Shown here: positions 40,850-46,313 of the stretch, piece by piece | How positions within the stretch are numbered: the stretch's first letter is position 1 | Layout: every line of letters starts with the position of its first letter | Origin: an uncultured Undibacter sp. | GTDB taxonomy: Bacteria; Pseudomonadota; Alphaproteobacteria; Rhizobiales; Xanthobacteraceae | Reading direction: 5' to 3' | Assembly: GCA_964384635.1 (NCBI GenBank) | Contig: CAYLMY010000004.1 | Coordinates: forward strand, 1-46,313 | Length of the DNA stretch: 46,313 bases | Notes under the pieces: generated by a model | Seen by the model: the letters and a program-made list of their open reading frames with translations, nothing else | Databases searched by the model: none | What the model was told of the DNA's origin: nothing | Position numbers and translations under genes: made by a program

Positions 40850-42025
40850 TCAACGCTTGAGCCAAGCCCCGATCCGCTCCACCGCCTCGTGCATCTCGGC
40901 CGCTGCCCCCGCGTAGCAGAAGCGCAGGAAACTGTGGCCGTTGACGGGGTCGAAATCGATGCCCGGGGTCGCCGCCACCCCCGCCTCGTTCAGCATGCGC
41001 TTGGCGAAATCGAGACTGTCATTGGAGAAGCGCGAAACGTCGGCATAGAGATAGAAGGCGCCGTCGACAGGCAGGAACTTGTCGAGCCCGGCCTTGGGCA
41101 GGCCGTCAACCAGAATGCGGCGGTTCTCCTCGTAGCCGTGCTTGACCGCTTCCATTTCGGCGCGACCGTCGAAGGCGGCCTCCGCCGCCACCTGCGCCAG
41201 CGTCGGCACCGAGATCGCCAGATTGCCTTGCAGCCGGTCGATGGTGCGCATCAGGCTTTCCGGCACTACCATCCAGCCCACGCGCCAGCCGGTCATGCAG
41301 AAATATTTCGAGAAGGAATTGATCACCAGCGCGCGCTCCGAGAGGTTGGCCGCGGTCTCGGCCGCAAAAGCGTAGTCGAGGCCGTGATAGATCTCATCGG
41401 AGATGACGCGGATCCCCTCCGCTTCCAGCACCGCGATCAGCCGCGTGAGCGTGTCGGCCTCCATCATGGTGCCGGTCGGATTGGCCGGGCTCGCGATCAC
41501 CACGCCCTGCAGAGCCTTGCGCCGATGCTCCGCAATCAGCGCCTTGGCCGACAGCGCCCAGCGTGTCTCAGGTCCGGTCTCGATCAGCACCGGCTCGCAG
41601 CCGAGCGCGCTCAGGATGTGCCGGTAGGGCGGATAGCCGGGATTGGCCAGCGCCACCCGGTCGCCCGGCTCGAACAGCGACAGAAACGCCAGGATGAACC
41701 CGCCGGAGGAGCCGGTGGTCACCGCCACCCGGCCCGGATCGAGCGCCAGGTCGTAGGTGTCCGCATAATGGCGGGCGATGCGGGCGCGCAGTGAGGGGAT
41801 GCCGAGCGTCTCGGTATAGGCGATGCGGCCTTTGGCGAGCGCGCCTTGCGCCGCGGCAATCGCCGTGCGCGGCGCGGGAGCTGCCGGCTGACCCACCTCC
41901 ATATGGATGACGCGGGCGCCTTGTGCCTCCCGCTGCGCCGCCGCCGCCATCACGTCCATGACAATGAACGGTGGCACATTGCTGCGCCGGGAGGGCGTTA
42001 ACAGCCGTTTTGCCGCTTCCAGCAT
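40850..42025 (-). CDS. class I/II PLP-dependent aminotransferase
   Basis: HMEVGQP, TGSSGGF, SPANPTG, ISDEIYHG and NSFSKYFCMTGWRVGW. Start placed at ATG42025. Confidence 0.93.
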   Translation of the reverse strand: MLEAAKRLLTPSRRSNVPPFIVMDVMAAAAQREAQGARVIHMEVGQPAAPAPRTAIAAAQGALAKGRIAYTETLGIPSLRARIARHYADTYDLALDPGRVAVTTGSSGGFILAFLSLFEPGDRVALANPGYPPYRHILSALGCEPVLIETGPETRWALSAKALIAEHRRKALQGVVIASPANPTGTMMEADTLTRLIAVLEAEGIRVISDEIYHGLDYAFAAETAANLSERALVINSFSKYFCMTGWRVGWMVVPESLMRTIDRLQGNLAISVPTLAQVAAEAAFDGRAEMEAVKHGYEENRRILVDGLPKAGLDKFLPVDGAFYLYADVSRFSNDSLDFAKRMLNEAGVAATPGIDFDPVNGHSFLRFCYAGAAAEMHEAVERIGAWLKR

Positions 42026-42199
42026 TATTATCGGTCCTTGATCGGCTCTAGGCGGGTGCCCCGCCCCGCTGTTGCCGCATTCCCCCGATTGCTTGGCTAC
42101 GGCGTGTCTTACGGAGCGCATAAACGTGACCGCGGCCCGCGTTGACCCTATGGGAGCGCGTCACTAGGTTCACGCCAAACCGGTAGCACACAGATCGGC

Positions 42200-43633
42200 A
42201 TGATCGGGAACGCGACACCTATCAGGGCGCGGTACGGCGCGCCAGCGGCCCGCGCGCTGGCCCTCGTCACCGCGGCGGCCGTGGCTTTTGCCGGCGCGGG
42301 ACCGGCCGCCACTCCCGCCCATGCGCAAGCCGCCAAGCGCGGATTGCCGGTCATCCGCGACACCGAGATCGAGAATCTGATGCGCGACTATGCGCGGCCG
42401 ATCCTTAAAGCCGCCGGCCTCGCCCAGCAGAACGTCAAGGTGGTCATCCTCAACGACCGCGTATTCAACGCCTTCGTCATGGACGGCCGCCATATCTTCA
42501 TCAACGCCGGCGCGCTGTTCGACGCCAAGACGCCGAACGAAGTCATCGGCGTGTTCGCGCATGAAACCGGCCACCTCGCCGGCGGCCACATGATGCGCCT
42601 GCGCGAAAGGCTTGCCCAGGCCCAGACCCAGTCGATCATCGCTTTGCTGCTCGGCGTCGGCGCCATGGTCGCCGGCGCAACCGCCGGCAGAGGCAACAGC
42701 AGCATCGGACAAATCGGCGCCCCCGCCATCATGGCGCCGCAGTCGGCGATCCAGCGCTCGCTGCTCGCCTATGTGCGTACCCAGGAAGACCAGGCCGACC
42801 ACGCCGGCGTCAAGTTTCTCAATGCCACCCATCAGTCGCCCCGGGGCATGGTGGATTTGTTCAAGCGCCTCGCCAGCGACACGCTGTTCGCCTCGCAGGG
42901 CAGCGACCCTTATCTGCAAACCCATCCGATGCCCGCCGACCGCGTCGCCGCGCTCGAAGTCTTGGCCAAGTCGAGTCCTTATTGGAACGTCAAGGACTCG
43001 CCCGCCTTGCAGCTGCGTCACGATCTGATGCGGGCGAAATTGTCGGGCTTTCTGGAGTCGCAGAGCACCGTGCTGCGGCGCTACCCGCTCAGCAACCAAA
43101 GCCTGCCGGCGCGCTATGCCCGCGCCATCTCCGCTTACCGGCATTCCGACCCGCGCCAGGCGATCGCGCAGATCGACGGGCTGATCCGCACCGAGCCGAA
43201 CAATCCGTATTTCGAGGAACTCAAAGGCCAGGTCCTGCTGGAAGGCGGCCATCCGAACGCAGCGATCGGCCCCTTGCGCCGCGCGGTGCAGCTCTCGCAT
43301 GGCGCGCCGCTGATCGAAATCCTGCTGGCGCAATCGCTGGTCGCCACCAACAACAAGCAATTCGCCGAGGAAGCCGTCCGGCTGTTGAATTCGGCGCTGC
43401 GCCGCGAGCCGGAAATGCCGGCAGCCTATGCGCAGCTGGCCATGGCCTATGGCCGCAAGGGCGATCTCGCCCATGCCGATCTTGCCTCGGCGCAAGCCGC
43501 CTTCGCGCGCGGCGACACCAAGACAGCGCGCCAGCTTGCCGAGCGCGCCAAGCACCGCCTGCCGGTCGGCTCGCCGGCCTGGGTGCGCGCCGACGATATC
43601 GTCAGCGTTAAGACTCCCAACCGTAAAAACTGA
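42200..43633 (+). CDS. M48 zinc metalloprotease with TPR domain (BepA/YfgC-like)
   Basis: Signal peptide, IRDTEIE, FNAF, HETGH, E-x2-AD, THP and C-terminal TPRs. Confidence 0.92.
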   Translation: MIGNATPIRARYGAPAARALALVTAAAVAFAGAGPAATPAHAQAAKRGLPVIRDTEIENLMRDYARPILKAAGLAQQNVKVVILNDRVFNAFVMDGRHIFINAGALFDAKTPNEVIGVFAHETGHLAGGHMMRLRERLAQAQTQSIIALLLGVGAMVAGATAGRGNSSIGQIGAPAIMAPQSAIQRSLLAYVRTQEDQADHAGVKFLNATHQSPRGMVDLFKRLASDTLFASQGSDPYLQTHPMPADRVAALEVLAKSSPYWNVKDSPALQLRHDLMRAKLSGFLESQSTVLRRYPLSNQSLPARYARAISAYRHSDPRQAIAQIDGLIRTEPNNPYFEELKGQVLLEGGHPNAAIGPLRRAVQLSHGAPLIEILLAQSLVATNNKQFAEEAVRLLNSALRREPEMPAAYAQLAMAYGRKGDLAHADLASAQAAFARGDTKTARQLAERAKHRLPVGSPAWVRADDIVSVKTPNRKN

Positions 43634-43664
43634 TAGATTGACGACGACAACAAGGACCAAAACA

Positions 43665-44429
43665 ATGTTTGCGATTCCGCGCTTGATCGCCGCCGTCTGT
43701 GCCGCGTTGCTGATTGCCGCCATGCCGTTGAGCGCACGCGCGCAAGCGTTCTCCAAGGCCCAGCGCGGCGATATCGAACGGATCGTGCATGATTACCTGG
43801 TCGCGCATCCGGAAGTGCTGCAAGAGGCGATGACCGAGCTCGAGAAGCGGCAGACTGCGGCGGAGGCCGAGAAGCACAAGGCGGCCGTGAAGGCGCACGC
43901 CAAGGCGCTGTTCAGTTCGCCCGACCAGGTCACGCTCGGCAATCCGAACGGCAACGTCACCTTCGTGGAATTCTTCGATTACAATTGCGGCTACTGCAAG
44001 CGCGCCATGAGCGACATGCTCACGCTGCTGAAGAACGATTCCAAGCTCAAGGTCGTGCTCAAGGAATTCCCGGTGCTCGGGCCCGGCTCGGTGGAGGCCG
44101 CGCGCGTGGCCGTCGCCGTGCGCATGCAGGCCCCGCAGAAGTATCTCGAATTTCACACCAAGCTGCTGGGCGGCCGCGGCCATGCTGACAACGCGCGCGC
44201 CCTCGCCGTCGCCAAGGAAGTGGGCCTCGACATGGCCCGGCTGGAAAAGGACATGAAAGGCCCCGAGGTGCAGAAGACGCTGCAGCATGACTTCAAGCTT
44301 GCCGAGGCGCTGGGCTTGAACGGCACGCCAAGCTACGTGATCGGCGACAACGTCATCGTCGGCGCCATCGGCTTGAAAGGACTGCAGGAGAAGATCAACA
44401 CCGCGCGCTGCGGCAAGGAGACCTGCTGA
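43665..44429 (+). CDS. DsbA-family thiol-disulfide oxidoreductase (Com1/ScsC-like)
   Basis: Signal peptide, YL-x2-HPEVL-x-EA helix, EFFDYNCGYC, EFPVLG and GTP cis-Pro loop. SD AAGGA upstream of ATG43665. Confidence 0.92.
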   Translation: MFAIPRLIAAVCAALLIAAMPLSARAQAFSKAQRGDIERIVHDYLVAHPEVLQEAMTELEKRQTAAEAEKHKAAVKAHAKALFSSPDQVTLGNPNGNVTFVEFFDYNCGYCKRAMSDMLTLLKNDSKLKVVLKEFPVLGPGSVEAARVAVAVRMQAPQKYLEFHTKLLGGRGHADNARALAVAKEVGLDMARLEKDMKGPEVQKTLQHDFKLAEALGLNGTPSYVIGDNVIVGAIGLKGLQEKINTARCGKETC

Positions 44430-44464
44430 CGGTTTCCCGCGCCCGCGCGTCATCCACACCCCAC

Positions 44465-44503
44465 AAAGCGGCCGCTCGGCCTTGTCGCCCGGCGGCCGTT
44501 TTT
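44465..44503 (+). terminator. intrinsic terminator after the DsbA-family gene
   Basis: GC-rich hairpin CGGCCGCTCGGC/GCCCGGCGGCCG followed by TTTTT. Confidence 0.65.
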
Positions 44504-44552
44504 GCGTCAGGATGGGTCGGGGACCGGTTTCACCGGCGACGGATATCGCGGC

Positions 44553-45671
44553 ATGTATTCCTTCGGCATCGAAGAGGAATATTTCGTGTTCGATGCGCGT
44601 ACGCGGCGCGCCGTGCGCCGCATCGACAAGCGCTTCCTCAATCGCGCGCACAAGGCACTTGCCGACTGCGTGAAGACCGAGATGCTGCAATCGCAGATCG
44701 AGGTGGTCACGCCGCCCTGCGACAGCATCAAGGAGGTGCGTGCTCACCTCGTCAATTACCGGCGCACGCTCGGGCAAGCGGCAAGCGAGTGCAAACTGCG
44801 TCTCGCCGCCATGGGCACTTTCCCGCTCGCCTTCTGGCCCGAGCAGTTGATGACGCCGAAGGCGCGCTATGGCGCGATCATGGACGACCTGCAAATGATC
44901 GGCATGCGCAACATGCTGTGCGGCATGCACGTGCATGTCGAGGTGCCGGATGTCTCGACCCGCATCAATCTGATCATGCGGCTCACGCCTTACCTACCGC
45001 TGCTGCTTGCGCTGTCGACGTCCTCGCCGTTCTGGCAAGGCCACCTCACCGGCCTGGTCGGCTACCGGCTGGCGGCTTACGACGAATTGCCGCGCACCGG
45101 CCTGCCCCAGCTGTTCCGCACCAACGAGGACTATCGCGAATATGTCGATGCGCTGGTCGGCGCCAAGATCATCCCGGACGCGAGCTACATCTGGTGGGCG
45201 CTGCGCCCGTCGACGAACTATCCGACTATCGAATTGCGCACCGCCGACAGCTGCACGCGGCTCGACGACACGGTGGCAATCGCCGCGCTGTTCCGCTGCC
45301 TGGTGCGCGCACTCGACCGCAACCGCGGCATCAATGCCGGCTTCGATCGAGTCGGGCGCGCCATTACCTGGGAAAACAAGTGGCACGCCCAGCGCTACGG
45401 CATCGCCGCCACCTTCGTCGATCCGTTCGCCCGCACGCCGATGTCCGCCGAATCCTGGCTCGGCCAGGTGCGCGAATTCATCGCCGATGACATCGCCACC
45501 TTCGGCTGCGCCGCCGAGATCGCACGCCTCGACCGCATTCTCGCCGAAGGCACCAGCGGCGACCGCCAGATCGACATTTTCACCCGCGCCAAGACGGCGG
45601 GCAAAAGAAGGTTAACGGCGATGAAGGAGGTGATCGACTGGGTCGCCGCCGAGTCCATGGCCGTGGACTGA
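44553..45671 (+). CDS. carboxylate-amine ligase, YbdK/GCS2 family
   Basis: FGIEEEY, QSQIE, CGMHVHV, SSPFW-x-G, WWALRPS-x3-PTIELR and ENKW motifs. Confidence 0.92.
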   Translation: MYSFGIEEEYFVFDARTRRAVRRIDKRFLNRAHKALADCVKTEMLQSQIEVVTPPCDSIKEVRAHLVNYRRTLGQAASECKLRLAAMGTFPLAFWPEQLMTPKARYGAIMDDLQMIGMRNMLCGMHVHVEVPDVSTRINLIMRLTPYLPLLLALSTSSPFWQGHLTGLVGYRLAAYDELPRTGLPQLFRTNEDYREYVDALVGAKIIPDASYIWWALRPSTNYPTIELRTADSCTRLDDTVAIAALFRCLVRALDRNRGINAGFDRVGRAITWENKWHAQRYGIAATFVDPFARTPMSAESWLGQVREFIADDIATFGCAAEIARLDRILAEGTSGDRQIDIFTRAKTAGKRRLTAMKEVIDWVAAESMAVD

Positions 45672-45790
45672 ACCGCGCCCTTAAGCCTGAAAATGCGGCT
45701 TGGGCTTCCCCTTGCGCTCAGGGCCACCTATAAAAAGCCCCAACGTTTCAGACGCACCTCGCGCCGGCATCCGGCCCTTCGAACCATCCC

Positions 45791-46246
45791 ATGAGCCAGA
45801 CCGTCTACGTCCTCAACGGCCCCAACATGAACCTGCTCGGCACCCGCGAGCCGGAAAAATACGGCCGCGCCACGCTCGCCGACGTGGAGAAGCTTTGCGG
45901 GGAAACCGCCAGGCGCTTCGGGCTCGACATCGTGTTCCGCCAATCCAATATCGAGGGCGAGCTGGTCGACTGGATCCAGGAAGCGCAGGCCAACAAGGCG
46001 GCCGGCCTGGTGATCAACCCGGCCGGCTACACCACCACCTCGATCGCCATCCTCGACGCGCTTCTTGCCGTGAGCATGCCAGTGGTCGAGGTCCACATCA
46101 CCAACATTCACGCGCGTGAAAGCTTTCGGCAGAATTCCTATGTATCGAAGGCAGCCAAGGCGGTGATCGCGGGCTTTGGCATCGACGGTTATGCGCTGGC
46201 GATCACGGGCCTCGCCGGCTTGGTCGGCGCCAAAGAGAAACGCTGA
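45791..46246 (+). CDS. aroQ: type II 3-dehydroquinate dehydratase
   Basis: [14 protein letters not shown]-x2-YG, QSN-x-EG, INPAG and [11 protein letters not shown] motifs. Confidence 0.97.
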   Translation: MSQTVYVLNGPNMNLLGTREPEKYGRATLADVEKLCGETARRFGLDIVFRQSNIEGELVDWIQEAQANKAAGLVINPAGYTTTSIAILDALLAVSMPVVEVHITNIHARESFRQNSYVSKAAKAVIAGFGIDGYALAITGLAGLVGAKEKR

Positions 46247-46258
46247 ATCGGAACCGTT

Positions 46259-46313
46259 ATGGCCAAACCGCCGAAACCGCCGCTGGTCGACCACGAATTG
46301 ATCCATGAGCTCA
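46259..46313 (+). CDS. accB: 5' fragment of a probable acetyl-CoA carboxylase biotin carboxyl carrier protein (runs off the window)
   Basis: ATG46259 gives MAKPPKPPLVDHELIHEL. The call rests on this N-terminal pattern and the common aroQ-accB-accC gene order. Confidence 0.6.
   Translation, partial: MAKPPKPPLVDHELIHEL

Noticed and set aside
42170-44936. Long minus-strand ORFs (528 aa and 442 aa) opposite the M48, DsbA-family and YbdK-like genes
   Set aside because: Antisense shadows with no family motifs.

Overview
This is a GC-rich, gene-dense chromosomal segment of an alphaproteobacterium, most consistent with Hyphomicrobiales/Rhizobiales (inferred from gene order, RNase E architecture and Irr/CtrA/PhaR-type sites). 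It is mostly core genome. Left to right: a POT transporter with a damaged 5' end, pobA, a DEAD-box helicase, a diguanylate cyclase, a nifS-like/sufB/ORF/sufC/sufD/sufS/sufT/sufA operon, an alpha/beta hydrolase, a SET-domain gene, anmK, tyrS, a YhdP/AsmA-like gene, bcp, an M23 peptidase, prfB (programmed +1 frameshift), mrcA, amiC and rne. An ~8.8 kb block of unrelated genes follows (aldolase/SDR fusion, PsiF-like, TPR, frameshifted DUF411, phaZ, GST, and a DUF4242-VOC-GlxA cassette). The window ends with an aminotransferase, an M48 protease, a DsbA-family gene, a YbdK-like ligase, aroQ and the start of accB. I found no rRNA, tRNA, CRISPR array, IS element or prophage, and I cannot claim a clearly new multi-gene system. 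The best leads are an unrecognised ORF coupled inside the suf operon, a 20-His repeat extension on the YhdP-like protein, an inserted SET-domain gene, the DUF4242-VOC-GlxA cassette with a visible tandem operator, and several cis-regulatory elements. All family calls come from motif recognition; no database search was run.
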